Source of the DNA: Gammaproteobacteria bacterium
GTDB lineage: Bacteria; Pseudomonadota; Gammaproteobacteria; JBCCGL01
NCBI GenBank assembly: GCA_965277715.1
Contig: OZ255836.1
Span: 3,072,001 to 3,136,000, forward strand
Direction of reading: 5' to 3'
DNA length: 64,000 bases
Positions 9,149 through 20,014 of the stretch are shown in pieces. How positions within the stretch are numbered: position 1 is the stretch's first letter; each line of letters opens with the position of its first letter. The position numbers were made by a program, and so were the translations under genes. Under the pieces are notes generated by a model. It saw only the letters and a list, made by a program, of their open reading frames with translations. It was not told the origin of the DNA and did not search any database.

Positions 9149-10396
9149 TTAACGCAGTCGCACTAATAAACCAGAGCGCACTTTAGGATCAAACCACGTC
9201 GATTTTGGCGGCATCACTTCACCCGCATCGGCAATCGCCATCAATTCTTCAATCGACGTTGGGTAACAGGCGAACGCCACTCCCCAGTCCTGATCGATGC
9301 GGTGTTGTAACTCTGTCAGTCCAAAGGCACCAGGTACGTAGTCGATACGCGGATCGAGGCGGGGGTCATCAATGCCCAGCAGCGGGCCAAGCACATAGTC
9401 TTGTAAAAAACACACATCCAGTGAACGCACTGGGTCGTCCCACACAACCTGATCGGGGTAAGCGGTGAGGCGATACCAGCGTGCATCAAGGTACATGGCA
9501 AATTGATTGCGCTCGGTAGGGCGCGCCTGTTCGGCATGCTCTACATTGAGCAGCTCGATTTCAAAATAGGGGCGCATTTGTTCAACAAAAATATCAGTGG
9601 GTATATTGTTAAGCCCACGCACCACCCGGTTGTACTCCAGGATACGATTTTCCCTATCTGGAAAAATAGCGGTGAGAACAAAGTTATAGGGTTCTTTACC
9701 GGTGTGGTCGGGGTTGTCTTCGCGGCGTTTCTGCGCCCAGCGCTCACACACGGCAGAGCGGTGGTGGCCATCGGTTAAATACAGGGCGTCGAGCTGCGAA
9801 AAAGCACTTTGCAGGGCGGTAATATCGTCGGTGCCGTCGATAAACCAGAGTGTCTGTTTGAGGCCATCAGGGGAGGTGAAGTCAATCAACGGTTGGCCCT
9901 GCTGGGCCTTGCGGGTAATGACCTCTACCTCGCCTATCGCCGGGTAGGTCATGGTAATGGGAGTGGAACTGGCACGCACTTCATCGCGGTATAAGATCAA
10001 TGCGTCCTCTTTATCCTGACGGGTGTGCTCGTGCTTTTTGATGCCACCCTGAATAAATTCCTCAATTGGCAGCTCGACGACCAGCCCGGTTTGTACGTGC
10101 CCGCCCACTGCTAAACGATACAGGTAAAACCCAGGCGCATCATTTTTGATATAGGTGCCGTTGCTGAGCAGTTCCTGCAATTTTTTTGAGTTGCGTTGCA
10201 AATTTAGATCAAATGGCGGGCGCTCAAATTCTGGAAATTCCTCAGTGGAGCGCATGACATTCAGGTAGTTACTCGGGTTGGCCAGGGCAAACTCGTGGCG
10301 TTGTCCCGGTGTCATGGCATCGTAAGCCGGGCACGCAACTTCTTTCGCCAACGATGGATTAGCGTAATAGCATGGGAAGGGACGGATCATCGTCAT
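9149..10396 (-). CDS. DUF1015 family protein
   Basis: PAYD, IKKHEHT, DGHHR, MPPKSTWFDPK.RSGL. Confidence 0.9.
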   Translation of the reverse strand: MTMIRPFPCYYANPSLAKEVACPAYDAMTPGQRHEFALANPSNYLNVMRSTEEFPEFERPPFDLNLQRNSKKLQELLSNGTYIKNDAPGFYLYRLAVGGHVQTGLVVELPIEEFIQGGIKKHEHTRQDKEDALILYRDEVRASSTPITMTYPAIGEVEVITRKAQQGQPLIDFTSPDGLKQTLWFIDGTDDITALQSAFSQLDALYLTDGHHRSAVCERWAQKRREDNPDHTGKEPYNFVLTAIFPDRENRILEYNRVVRGLNNIPTDIFVEQMRPYFEIELLNVEHAEQARPTERNQFAMYLDARWYRLTAYPDQVVWDDPVRSLDVCFLQDYVLGPLLGIDDPRLDPRIDYVPGAFGLTELQHRIDQDWGVAFACYPTSIEELMAIADAGEVMPPKSTWFDPKVRSGLLVRLR

Positions 10397-10424
10397 GCTG
10401 GCGTACTCCCGGTGAAACGCTGGT

Positions 10425-11510
10425 TTAGCTGTTTTCGCGCTGAAACTGCTGCATAAAATCCGCTAACGCAGCGACACTGGCTTTTGGCATTGCGTTATAA
10501 ATACTGGCGCGACACCCTCCCACGCTACGGTGCCCCTTGAGGTTTTTCATGCCTGCAGTGTCAGCTTCTGCAAGAAATTTTTTCTCCAGGTCTTCACTCG
10601 GCAGGCGGAATACCACGTTCATATGCGAGCGGTGTGCCGTACTGACCGGGCAGTTGTACCAGCCGTTACTGTTGTCGATGGCGGCGTAGAGCTGTGCGGA
10701 TTTTTCCGCTGCCTGTTGTTCGATCACCGCCAGACCACCTTTGGCTTTCATCCATTTCAATACCTTGCCAATCATGTAGATGGCAAATACTGGTGGGGTG
10801 TTAACCAGGGAGTCTTTGCTTGCGTGAACACCGTATTGCAGATAAGTGCCGATGTTGGTATTGCAATCGGCGAGTACCGAGTGGCGAATAAAAATAATTG
10901 AAGCACCGGCTGGACCCAGGTTTTTCTGTGCGCCACCGTAAACCACATCAAACTTCTCCCAGGGAATGGCGCGTGACATATAGTCTGATGACATATCACC
11001 GATCAGCGGCACATCCACATCGGGCCAGTTGATCAGGCGAATGCCACCAATGGTTTCATTGGAGGTAACGTGCAGGTAGCGGGTGTTGTCCTGCAATTGA
11101 ATTTGTTCATTGCCTGGCATCTCTACGTAACCGGTTTCTTTGCCATCCCATGCCAGGTAGCAGTCACCGTAATGTTGTGCATCTTTAAATGCACCACTGG
11201 CCCAGGAGCCGGTGCCGACGTAAGCGCCTTTTTGGCCTGCCTTGAGCAGGTTCATCGGTATCATTGAAAATTGCAGTGTTGCACCACCCTGTAAAAACAG
11301 CACGGCGAACGTGTCGGGCACATTAAATACTTCGCGTGCCAATGCCATCGCTTCCATATGTACCGCATCGTACTCCGCAGAGCGGTGGCTCATTTCGATG
11401 AGTGACATACCCGCATTCTGGTAGTCGACAAATTCCTGTTGGGCTTCTTCAAGCACTTCCAGCGGTAGGGTACAGGGGCCTGCGCAGAAATTGTGTATAC
11501 GGTTACTCAT
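10425..11510 (-). CDS. serC: Phosphoserine aminotransferase
   Basis: NFCAGP, EMSHRS, LQGGA, GAQKN, GHRSVGG.RASIYNA. Confidence 0.96.
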   Translation of the reverse strand: MSNRIHNFCAGPCTLPLEVLEEAQQEFVDYQNAGMSLIEMSHRSAEYDAVHMEAMALAREVFNVPDTFAVLFLQGGATLQFSMIPMNLLKAGQKGAYVGTGSWASGAFKDAQHYGDCYLAWDGKETGYVEMPGNEQIQLQDNTRYLHVTSNETIGGIRLINWPDVDVPLIGDMSSDYMSRAIPWEKFDVVYGGAQKNLGPAGASIIFIRHSVLADCNTNIGTYLQYGVHASKDSLVNTPPVFAIYMIGKVLKWMKAKGGLAVIEQQAAEKSAQLYAAIDNSNGWYNCPVSTAHRSHMNVVFRLPSEDLEKKFLAEADTAGMKNLKGHRSVGGCRASIYNAMPKASVAALADFMQQFQRENS

Positions 11511-11560
11511 GGTGGGGTTTCCTCAGTCCGGGCAGGTGTTGCGCGGTGCTGCTAAGTGAA

Positions 11561-12523
11561 TTATAGATTTACGCAGTGCAGTACAGTGCCCTTGCCAAGC
11601 GCTTCGATCATGCGAACGCACTCTTCGGCGACTGCATTTTGTGCCTGCTCGGTGGAAGCGCCAATATGGTGACTACCAATGACATTCGGGTGTTGCGCAA
11701 GAGCGGATGAAAAGGTTGCCTGACCACTGGCGGGTTCGTCGTTATAAACATCCAGGCCCGCCCGGATGCCTTTGCTGTCCATTGCGCGAATCAGCGCTGC
11801 CTCGTCGACAATTTCACCGCGTGAAGTGTTGAGCAGAATAGCGCCGTCCTGGCACTTGTCGAGCAGTGCCTCGTTAACCATACCTTTAGTATCGGCATTG
11901 GAGGGCACATGGAAGGAGACCACATCGCAGGCGCTGAGCAGCGCGTCAATATCGGTGACCTCAGTCGCGCCAATGGCTTGCAGGCGTGTAGTCATATCGG
12001 CATCGCGACCCGGTTTGGCGATAACGTGAATATGCATACCAAAGGCCGCACCGCGCTCGGCAAGTGCCATACCGATACCACCGAGGCCAACAATACCGAG
12101 CTTACGACCATAAATGCCCTCGGCTTTCGAGTATTTCTTTTTGTCCCACTGACCATTGCGCAAATCGATGACCGCATCGGGGATATTGCGGTCAATGCAC
12201 AGTAGCAGGCCAAATGCGAGCTCGGCAACAGCCAGGGCATTTTTACCGGGGACGTTACATACAGGGATATTCTTTTCCGCCGCCGCCGCTTTATCGATGG
12301 TGTTGGTACCCGCGCCTGCGCGAATAACCATTTTTAACGTATCGGCCGCGTCGATGGTTTCACGCGTTACCTTGGTACTGCGCACCACGAGAATATCGAC
12401 ACCGGGGATTTTTGCGGGAATCTCTTCTGCACTGAGGTTTGCCTGTACATCACAATCGTGACCAGCAGCTTCAAGCTGTTGCAGGTAGGCGGGCTGAAAC
12501 TTATCGGCGAACAGTATTTTCAT
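11561..12523 (-). CDS. serA: D-3-phosphoglycerate dehydrogenase-like (short form, no ACT domain)
   Basis: VRSTKV, RAGAG, GLGGIG, NTSRG, HIGAST.QAQ; upstream of serC; start taken at MKILFADK. Confidence 0.8.
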   Translation of the reverse strand: MKILFADKFQPAYLQQLEAAGHDCDVQANLSAEEIPAKIPGVDILVVRSTKVTRETIDAADTLKMVIRAGAGTNTIDKAAAAEKNIPVCNVPGKNALAVAELAFGLLLCIDRNIPDAVIDLRNGQWDKKKYSKAEGIYGRKLGIVGLGGIGMALAERGAAFGMHIHVIAKPGRDADMTTRLQAIGATEVTDIDALLSACDVVSFHVPSNADTKGMVNEALLDKCQDGAILLNTSRGEIVDEAALIRAMDSKGIRAGLDVYNDEPASGQATFSSALAQHPNVIGSHHIGASTEQAQNAVAEECVRMIEALGKGTVLHCVNL

Positions 12524-12657
12524 GCTCTCTCTTTGGTGGTGTATTGGTAAAAGGCGAAACCGAATAGTGTTGGCCAGGCCGCCGGGAACCGATAATCCTA
12601 TCATATAGATATTTTTAGTATCAAGATGTGGCGGCGGTGTTTTGTGCTGAAGGTATG

Positions 12658-12836
12658 ATCCTAAATTCCGCAGTTGAGTCGTAGCGAGGGCGTCTAAGGT
12701 GCTGAAGATGAAGTGTTTTTATCAGCATTTTAGCCATCCTGTCGTGATTCTACAGGTGAAGCTGAAATGCTGGTAAAAACGCTTTAGATTCTGTGCATTA
12801 GGTGCTCGCAGTAGATTCAACTGAGGAATTTAGGAT
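12658..12836. repeat. Palindromic MITE-like repeat family A, long form (179 bp)
   Basis: ATCCTAAATTCCGCAGTTGA ... TCAACTGAGGAATTTAGGAT. Confidence 0.9.
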
Positions 12837-12918
12837 GATGCATATGCGACCCGTTTGCCGCATATGCCCGTGTTAGAGAGTGGATTATTCCAACTCGCCG
12901 CTAAGGCATTTCACCTTT

Positions 12919-14310
12919 CTAAGCCGTGTTTTTATTGCCTAGATAATTAAGCAAATCGATGTCGGTAATAATGCCGAGCAGGCTGTCACCGTTATCCGGA
13001 TCGGTAATCAGTGGCACTTTACCATCGGTGACCAACCGGGAAATACGATCAACAGAATCACCCGGCTTCACAAATTCAATGGAGGTATCGACCAGGCTAT
13101 CGATGCTGTCATCGACACTGACCTGCTGATTAAAGATCGCTTTGAGTATCGCACTCTCGCGCACAATACCCTTGACCCAACCGTTTTCATCGGTGACCGG
13201 CATCTGGCTGATGCCCGCCTCGCTGAGTTTACCGATAGTGGTGGCGATTTTATCGAACTGATTCGCCAGTAAAATATCGCCGGGCTTCATTTGCAATGTA
13301 CTGATCAGATCACTGACCAAACCCACTCTGGATTCGAGAAACCCGGCCTCACGCATCCAGTCATCATCGTAAACTTTAGAGACATAACGATTGCCACTGT
13401 CTGGAAAGACAATCAGCACGTTTTTGCCGTGCATACGCTCGCCCTGTTGCGCCAGCCAACGCATAGTACCGACAAATGCACTCCCCGAGGAGACCCCGGC
13501 ATAAATGCCCTCACTGGTGAGTAATTGCCGGGTCATCACAAATGATTCTTTGTCTTCCACTTGTACGATGTCATCGATTTGTTTGAAATCGTAATTGGCA
13601 GGAATAAAATCCTCGCCGATCCCCTCAATCAGGTATGTGCCAGCGGGCGATTGTGGCGTGCCATATTTAAACGTATCGTAGACAATCGAACCGATGGGAT
13701 CGATAGCCAACACCTCAACGCCGGGCTTGTTTTCCTTTAAATAACGACCAGTGCCCGTGATAGTACCACCCGTACCGATACCAGCGACAAACACATCGAT
13801 ATCCGGCATTTGCCGCAGGATTTCCGGGCCGGTATGCGTGTAGTGATACTCGCGATTGGCGAGGTTATTGTACTGATCAATATACAGTGAATTGGGTGTT
13901 TCCCTGGCCATACGCTTGGATACAGAGTAATAACTGCGCGGGTCATCCGGCTCGACGGCGGTGGGTGTAACAATCACCCGGGCGCCGAAAGCGCGCAGGT
14001 TTTTGATCTTCTCCTCTGACATCTTGTCCGGCAGGATAAAAATGCATTGATACCCTTTAATCGCCGCAGCAATCGCCAACCCCACCCCGGTGTTACCACT
14101 GGTGCCCTCGACAATCGTACCGCCGGGCTTCAACAGCCCGCGCTCCTCAGCGTCTTCAATCAAATACCAACCTATACGGTCTTTTATCGACCCGCCGGGA
14201 TTAGTGAACTCCAGCTTTGCATACACATTCGCCTGAGTACTGGCGGCTACTTTATTGAGCCGGACAATGGGTGTATTGCCAATGGCATCGATAACTGAGT
14301 CAAAGACCAT
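12919..14310 (-). CDS. Cystathionine beta-synthase (PLP domain plus CBS pair)
   Basis: KLEFTNPGGSIKDR, TSGNTG, GTGGT, EGIG, PDSG.RY.SK; C-terminal CBS domains. Confidence 0.9.
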   Translation of the reverse strand: MVFDSVIDAIGNTPIVRLNKVAASTQANVYAKLEFTNPGGSIKDRIGWYLIEDAEERGLLKPGGTIVEGTSGNTGVGLAIAAAIKGYQCIFILPDKMSEEKIKNLRAFGARVIVTPTAVEPDDPRSYYSVSKRMARETPNSLYIDQYNNLANREYHYTHTGPEILRQMPDIDVFVAGIGTGGTITGTGRYLKENKPGVEVLAIDPIGSIVYDTFKYGTPQSPAGTYLIEGIGEDFIPANYDFKQIDDIVQVEDKESFVMTRQLLTSEGIYAGVSSGSAFVGTMRWLAQQGERMHGKNVLIVFPDSGNRYVSKVYDDDWMREAGFLESRVGLVSDLISTLQMKPGDILLANQFDKIATTIGKLSEAGISQMPVTDENGWVKGIVRESAILKAIFNQQVSVDDSIDSLVDTSIEFVKPGDSVDRISRLVTDGKVPLITDPDNGDSLLGIITDIDLLNYLGNKNTA

Positions 14311-14597
14311 GTTTTTTCCTGTGTGGTTTTATCTGGAAGTAGCACAACGGGGTAGGCATGCTTACGCAATTGATAGCTGAATAATACCAGCTAAGGCTAG
14401 CTGCAATCCAGCCAGCACACACTTAAAGAGGCACAACCTCACAACACCTTCCATCTGGATGAAAACAAAAACCAGATAAGTCATCATACCTACTACTCCC
14501 CAACCGTGGATTAATTCGTATATGTAAGATGATCGAATTCAGCGTATTGAAACTAATAGCCCACAAATTCAAAACTGACAATACACTAGTACGCCGT

Positions 14598-15848
14598 CTA
14601 ACTCCCTGCATTGAGTAATCGACTGATATACCTAAAAAACAAAAACAACACCGCAGCCACAACAACACCGAGATAAAACGCATCCGACAGTATCGGCAAA
14701 AGCGCCGCCTCACTAACCGCCTGCCCCGTCTCAATTGTGGATGACAACACCAGCAACAGCAACGCAAACACCAAACGCTCAGATAGCCCCTGTATTGACA
14801 AATACGTGGCGCGCTGTTCACTGTCAATGCGCGGCGCAATGGCGGCATTAACCGGCGCGTGAACCAATGCCATCGGAAAATTGCGGGCGAAAACCAACAC
14901 CAAAACTGCCGCGTGCACCAGTAACGCCATGCTGGCAACAATACTGAGCTGAATCAATGTTGCCACCGCCAACAAGCCGACCAGGCCCAGTCTGGATTGC
15001 CAGGCCACGCTCACCTTAGCGGCCAGTGCACCGCCAAACATAGAGACAGCAATCACAACACCAGAGATCAGTGGTGTGTAATGGCTGGCTTCAAACGCGG
15101 CAATATCGAGCAGTGCAATATACGGCTGGTAAAATTCGTAAACAATATGTGCCATTGCATACAGCAAAATCATCGTGAGGAAAATCCAGCCCAGCACCGA
15201 ATCACGCAAACGGCCAATACAACTGGACAACACACTGATAAAACTGGCGGGCGGGGTGGTTTCCCCACTGGTTGGCTCATTGGCCAATGCATTTGTTGGC
15301 TCCACCAACTGCCAAACCAACGCCCCCATTGCAAGCGCCCCAAACAGCGAGAACACATAGGCGAGGCGCAGGTCGATCATGCCCAGTGCACCACCGCATA
15401 AAGTGGCAATGGCCAACATGGTCAAGCCCCATTGTTCGGCCTTGGCTTCACGCACTGAATATTCACTTTCGCGCCCCAGTGATTTTAATGCATCATAGTG
15501 AAAAGCCGTATCAGTGCCCGATTGTAAGGCGACCCCAGCGGCCAGAAAAAACTGCCCGGCAACAAATAACCAAAACCCGGAACCGACGATAAAACAGGCA
15601 AACGCAACAGCCAGACACAGCGCCGCCAGCAGCAGCGTGGTACGCCGACCAATGCGATCAGAAAAGTATCCGGACGGGACCTCCAGGATGAACACAGCGA
15701 GATAGTAAATAGCCGATAGCTGAATCACACGATCCAGTGGCAATACGCTACTCATATACAAAAAGAAAACGGGAATCCAGGCATAGCAGCTATCTGCTGC
15801 AACACGAAACCACGGGTACAGGCGGAGGTTGTTTTCGTATTGGTTCAA
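14598..15848 (-). CDS. MFS transporter
   Basis: EVPSGYFSDRIGRR motif A; about 12 TM helices. Confidence 0.9.
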   Translation of the reverse strand: MNQYENNLRLYPWFRVAADSCYAWIPVFFLYMSSVLPLDRVIQLSAIYYLAVFILEVPSGYFSDRIGRRTTLLLAALCLAVAFACFIVGSGFWLFVAGQFFLAAGVALQSGTDTAFHYDALKSLGRESEYSVREAKAEQWGLTMLAIATLCGGALGMIDLRLAYVFSLFGALAMGALVWQLVEPTNALANEPTSGETTPPASFISVLSSCIGRLRDSVLGWIFLTMILLYAMAHIVYEFYQPYIALLDIAAFEASHYTPLISGVVIAVSMFGGALAAKVSVAWQSRLGLVGLLAVATLIQLSIVASMALLVHAAVLVLVFARNFPMALVHAPVNAAIAPRIDSEQRATYLSIQGLSERLVFALLLLVLSSTIETGQAVSEAALLPILSDAFYLGVVVAAVLFLFFRYISRLLNAGS

Positions 15849-15978
15849 AGAAGCATAATCTTCAATTTTATCGGGGCTCGATCGTAATACAGAACAAAGA
15901 CATATTAAGATTTTTTAAAAAAACCTAAAAACAATACGTGCAGTGGCTGAGTGAGTACTCGATTTAGCCTTAGCAGGA

Positions 15979-16548
15979 TCAAACAGCATTTTTCAGCATT
16001 TCCTTTTTCAACAATTCAATACGGTATACCGCTTCACCCGAGTAGGGCTTGATACGCAATAACTCCTCAAAAGCGGTTATCGCCCCCAGAAAATCGCGCT
16101 GCCAGCCAAAAATCATCCCCTTCCCCCAAATCGCCCCAAAATGATTCGGCTCCAGTGCCAGGGTGCGTTCGATATCAGCCAGTGAGCCCTCGTAGTCGTT
16201 TTGGTGGTAACGCACTGTGGCACGTCGGTTCCAGCCTTCGGAAAATGCTGGTGCTATTTCGGTAATACGGGTAAAAATAGCCTCCGCCTCGGCCAGCTTA
16301 CCAGCCTGCATCGCCTTTCTGCCCTCTGCCATCAAGGCATCGATATCCTCACGGCCACTGTCATACCATATCGACCAGATGGTTAGCTCGGTCTCCTTTT
16401 GCACACGGTCACTCTTGCTGCTTTGCAGCGTTGAAAACAGCGCCTCCAACCGCTCATCGGTTTGATCAGCCAAACTGCTCAATGGTAGCAGCAGTGCCAA
16501 ACAACATAACTGGGTAATACCTGACACAGAATTGATTTTCATTTCCAC
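15979..16548 (-). CDS. Secreted tetratricopeptide repeat protein
   Basis: Signal peptide; EGWNRRAT, LALEPNHFGA TPRs. Confidence 0.85.
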   Translation of the reverse strand: MEMKINSVSGITQLCCLALLLPLSSLADQTDERLEALFSTLQSSKSDRVQKETELTIWSIWYDSGREDIDALMAEGRKAMQAGKLAEAEAIFTRITEIAPAFSEGWNRRATVRYHQNDYEGSLADIERTLALEPNHFGAIWGKGMIFGWQRDFLGAITAFEELLRIKPYSGEAVYRIELLKKEMLKNAV

Positions 16549-16691
16549 CCCCGCCGGTTTATTCAGTATAGTCCGCCCTATACTGCAGTCCTATCAGCAT
16601 TTTGTAAAAGGTTTTAACTAAAAAAAAGCGATTCCCGCTGGACTAAGCCAGCGAGAATGCCGGACTAAAAAATCAATCCAGGTAACCAACC

Positions 16692-18377
16692 ATGTCATCG
16701 GATATAAAAACACATTACGACTACATCATCGTCGGCGCAGGCTCTGCGGGGTGCGTGCTGGCCAACCGCCTGAGCGAAGACCCTGACACCTCTGTGCTGT
16801 TACTCGAATTTGGTGGTAGTGACCGCAGTATTCTGGTGCAAATGCCCACCGCCTTATCGATTCCGATGAATATGCCCAAATACAACTGGGGATTTGAATC
16901 AGAACCGGAACCGTTTCTCGATAAACGCCGTATGGATACACCGCGTGGCAAAGTATTGGGCGGGTCTTCCTCAATCAACGGCATGGTTTACGTGCGGGGT
17001 CACGCGCTGGACTTTGAAGAGTGGCAGGCACTCGGTGCCGACGGCTGGGGATACCGACACTGCCTGCCTTACTTCAAAAAGGCCGATGACTGGAAATATG
17101 GTCGTGACGAGTACCGCAACAACACCGGGCCACTCTCCGTCTGTAACGGCAATGAAATGCAAAACCCACTGTACCGCGCCTTTATCCAGGCGGGTAAACA
17201 GGCCGGTTACAGGCAGACCGACGATTACAATGGCGCCCAGCAGGAAGGGTTTGGCCCAATGCACATGACAGTAAAGAACGGTGTGCGCTGGTCGGCGGCC
17301 AATGCTTACCTGAAGCCAGCACTATCGCGCCCTAACCTGACGGTGCTTACTCAAGCGCTGACGCACAAAGTGCTACTTGAAGGTACACGGGCGGTCGGCG
17401 TCGAATACGAACGCGCCGGGAAAAAGACCGCAGCCTACGCCGACAGAGAAGTACTAATCAGCGCTGGCTCAATTGGTTCACCGCATTTATTGCAACGCTC
17501 CGGTATTGGCCCTGCCAGTGTCTTACGTGCAGCGGGCATTGACGTCATTCACGATTTGCCCGGCGTGGGGGAGAATTTACAGGACCACCTGGAGTTCTAC
17601 TTTCAGTTTCGCTGTAAAAAATCGCTTACACTCAACGCCGAGCTGACACCGTGGCGCAAGTTTTTGATCGGTGCCAGGTGGTTATTGACCAAAAAGGGGC
17701 TGGGGGCCACCAATCATTTTGAATCCTGTGCATTTATCCGCTCTAAACCGGGCATGCAATGGCCGGATATCCAATACCACTTCTTACCCGGTGCCATGCG
17801 ATACGATGGTCGCGCTGCATTCGAGGGCCACGGGTTTCAGGTACATGTTGGCCACAACAAACCCAAGAGCCGGGGCTGGGTGCGCACCACCTCCGCCGAC
17901 CCGCGTGATAAACCGCGCATCCTATTCAACTACTTACAGCACCAGGACGATATTGAAGGCTTTCGCGCCTGTGTACGGCTGACGCGGGAAATTATTGGCC
18001 AGTCATCGATGGATGATGTGCGCGGTGCAGAAATTCAACCGGGCGAAGCGGTACAAAGTGACAGTGAAATCGATGCATTTGTGCGCAGTGCCGTTGAAAG
18101 CGCCTACCACCCCTCATGCACCTGCAAAATGGGTAGCGACGACATGGCCGTAGTTGACCCCGAAGTGCGGGTGCATGGCATCGACAATCTACGGATTGCC
18201 GACTCATCAATCTTCCCGACAATCCCAAACGGCAACCTCAATGCACCAACAATCATGGCCGCCGAACGGGCGGCGGATATTATTAAAGGGCACGTATTGC
18301 CCGCAGCAAAAATTGACATACTGATTGGCGCCGACTGGGAAAATCTACAGCGTTCGACAGAGGTTGTTTCAATCTAA
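16692..18377 (+). CDS. betA: Choline dehydrogenase
   Basis: [44 protein letters not shown]. Confidence 0.95.
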   Translation: MSSDIKTHYDYIIVGAGSAGCVLANRLSEDPDTSVLLLEFGGSDRSILVQMPTALSIPMNMPKYNWGFESEPEPFLDKRRMDTPRGKVLGGSSSINGMVYVRGHALDFEEWQALGADGWGYRHCLPYFKKADDWKYGRDEYRNNTGPLSVCNGNEMQNPLYRAFIQAGKQAGYRQTDDYNGAQQEGFGPMHMTVKNGVRWSAANAYLKPALSRPNLTVLTQALTHKVLLEGTRAVGVEYERAGKKTAAYADREVLISAGSIGSPHLLQRSGIGPASVLRAAGIDVIHDLPGVGENLQDHLEFYFQFRCKKSLTLNAELTPWRKFLIGARWLLTKKGLGATNHFESCAFIRSKPGMQWPDIQYHFLPGAMRYDGRAAFEGHGFQVHVGHNKPKSRGWVRTTSADPRDKPRILFNYLQHQDDIEGFRACVRLTREIIGQSSMDDVRGAEIQPGEAVQSDSEIDAFVRSAVESAYHPSCTCKMGSDDMAVVDPEVRVHGIDNLRIADSSIFPTIPNGNLNAPTIMAAERAADIIKGHVLPAAKIDILIGADWENLQRSTEVVSI

Positions 18378-18542
18378 TACTTCAGCCTGGCTAGGTGCCA
18401 ATAAGGAGTGCGCACGAAACAACTTCCACTTTTATTATATTATCTCAATCATGTGTCATTTTTTAATCACACACTCAAGTCAACTCAGCTATAAGGTAAA
18501 TCGGTGCATTTACGAATCCCGGAATTTATTTCGTGCACATTC

Positions 18543-19445
18543 CTAACCTTTTTCCACCACCAATACCCCCGGCTTACGCCGCTCCCGCCAGGCAATCAAC
18601 AACCCCCCTGCAACAATAAAAACAACCCCTGGAAACAACTGATCAAACGGCGCTTCAGCAAAAAACAACCACCCGAGCACAAATGAAAAGGGAATACCAA
18701 AATATTCAAAAGGCGAAAGACTGCCCGGCTTCGCCAGTCGATACGCAGTAATCATCGATAACACAGCAAACCCACCAACCGTACCCATTGCCAACAGCCA
18801 AAGCCAATCGACCAACTCATTGACAGGGACATAAACAGCCGTTGTAAACAACATAATGATAGAGCCCACCAAGGCACCGACAGAAGCGTATAAATTAATC
18901 GTTGCGGTAGGCACAGCATCATCAATCAACCGAACACTAACCGTCGATAACGAATAACCAAATGATGCACAAATTGGCAATAGCGCATACAACGTAAACA
19001 CATCCGTACCCGGCTGCATAATACTCAATACACCAATAAAACCAACAATCACCGCAAACCAACGCCACACACCGACACGGTGTTTCAATAAAGGAATAGA
19101 TAAGAGCGTGATAAACACCGGGCCGATAAAGGCCAGTGTAGAGGCCGTGGCAAATGCCATTTTAGTCAGCGACAGATAGAGGCAAAACTGTGCACCGGCA
19201 ACATACAAACCACGCAACAAACCCAGACGCCATTGCGTCATTGCCAATACGCGGCCCTTACTGTGCCACTCCTGCGAAAACAGCAGAACTAAAAAACTGG
19301 GAATTAAACCGAAAATATTGCGGAATGTAGCGAGTTGCTGAACGGGGTAACGATCACCCATGTGTTTGATAATGGCACCTTGCACATCAAACAAAAAAAT
19401 GGCCAGTAAAATAAAAAAAACCGCTTTGGTAAAGCTGGCCGACAT
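18543..19445 (-). CDS. DMT (EamA) family transporter
   Basis: About 10 TM helices; two EamA-like halves; LSPFEYF. Confidence 0.9.
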   Translation of the reverse strand: MSASFTKAVFFILLAIFLFDVQGAIIKHMGDRYPVQQLATFRNIFGLIPSFLVLLFSQEWHSKGRVLAMTQWRLGLLRGLYVAGAQFCLYLSLTKMAFATASTLAFIGPVFITLLSIPLLKHRVGVWRWFAVIVGFIGVLSIMQPGTDVFTLYALLPICASFGYSLSTVSVRLIDDAVPTATINLYASVGALVGSIIMLFTTAVYVPVNELVDWLWLLAMGTVGGFAVLSMITAYRLAKPGSLSPFEYFGIPFSFVLGWLFFAEAPFDQLFPGVVFIVAGGLLIAWRERRKPGVLVVEKG

Positions 19446-19510
19446 AACATCTTTACCCGGAAATAGCGTCCTGCATAACTATAAGCGTGTGCCTTTGGCA
19501 CGTTAGATGT

Positions 19511-19540
19511 CGTGGCTTGCACTCAACACTGCAAGCCACG
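19511..19540 (-). terminator. Hairpin downstream of cold-shock gene
   Basis: CGTGGCTTGCA-N8-TGCAAGCCACG perfect 11-bp stem; no clear U-tract. Confidence 0.5.
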
Positions 19541-19554
19541 CCATCACTGGGCAA

Positions 19555-19761
19555 TCAGACTGTTACGATATTCTCTGCTTGCGGACCTTTCTGGCCTTGC
19601 GTTACAGTGAACTCAACGCGTTGACCTTCAGCCAGGGTTTTGAAACCTGAGCCAGAGATAGCGCTGAAATGAGCAAAAACATCGGGGCCGGAAGCTTGTT
19701 CAATAAAACCAAAGCCTTTGGATTCGTTAAACCATTTAACCGTACCGGTAGTTGTAGACAT
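19555..19761 (-). CDS. Cold-shock protein (CspA family)
   Basis: [21 protein letters not shown]. Confidence 0.97.
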   Translation of the reverse strand: MSTTTGTVKWFNESKGFGFIEQASGPDVFAHFSAISGSGFKTLAEGQRVEFTVTQGQKGPQAENIVTV

Positions 19762-19917
19762 AATAATATCCTGTGTATTTCATGAGTAATAGAAGCCTGC
19801 TTACAGGCGGTTTGCTGTGGAAGTGTTGTGATTACTTATGTTGAACAGGACGAGGAACGAACAGATGGGACATCGAAATGGTGTGCATAAATTAAGACGT
19901 ACTTTCAAGCTCAACGG

Positions 19918-19945
19918 ATTATATACTGCTTTAATAGACAGTCAA
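19918..19945 (-). promoter_or_regulatory. Sigma70 promoter of csp gene, giving a 5' UTR of about 150 nt
   Basis: TTGACT-N16-TATAAT on minus strand. Confidence 0.7.
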
Positions 19946-20014
19946 CAACCTAAATCGGCTATTTATCGCTAAATTGACACCGTCTATCCAACAATTAAAC
20001 CTGATACCACTGCA

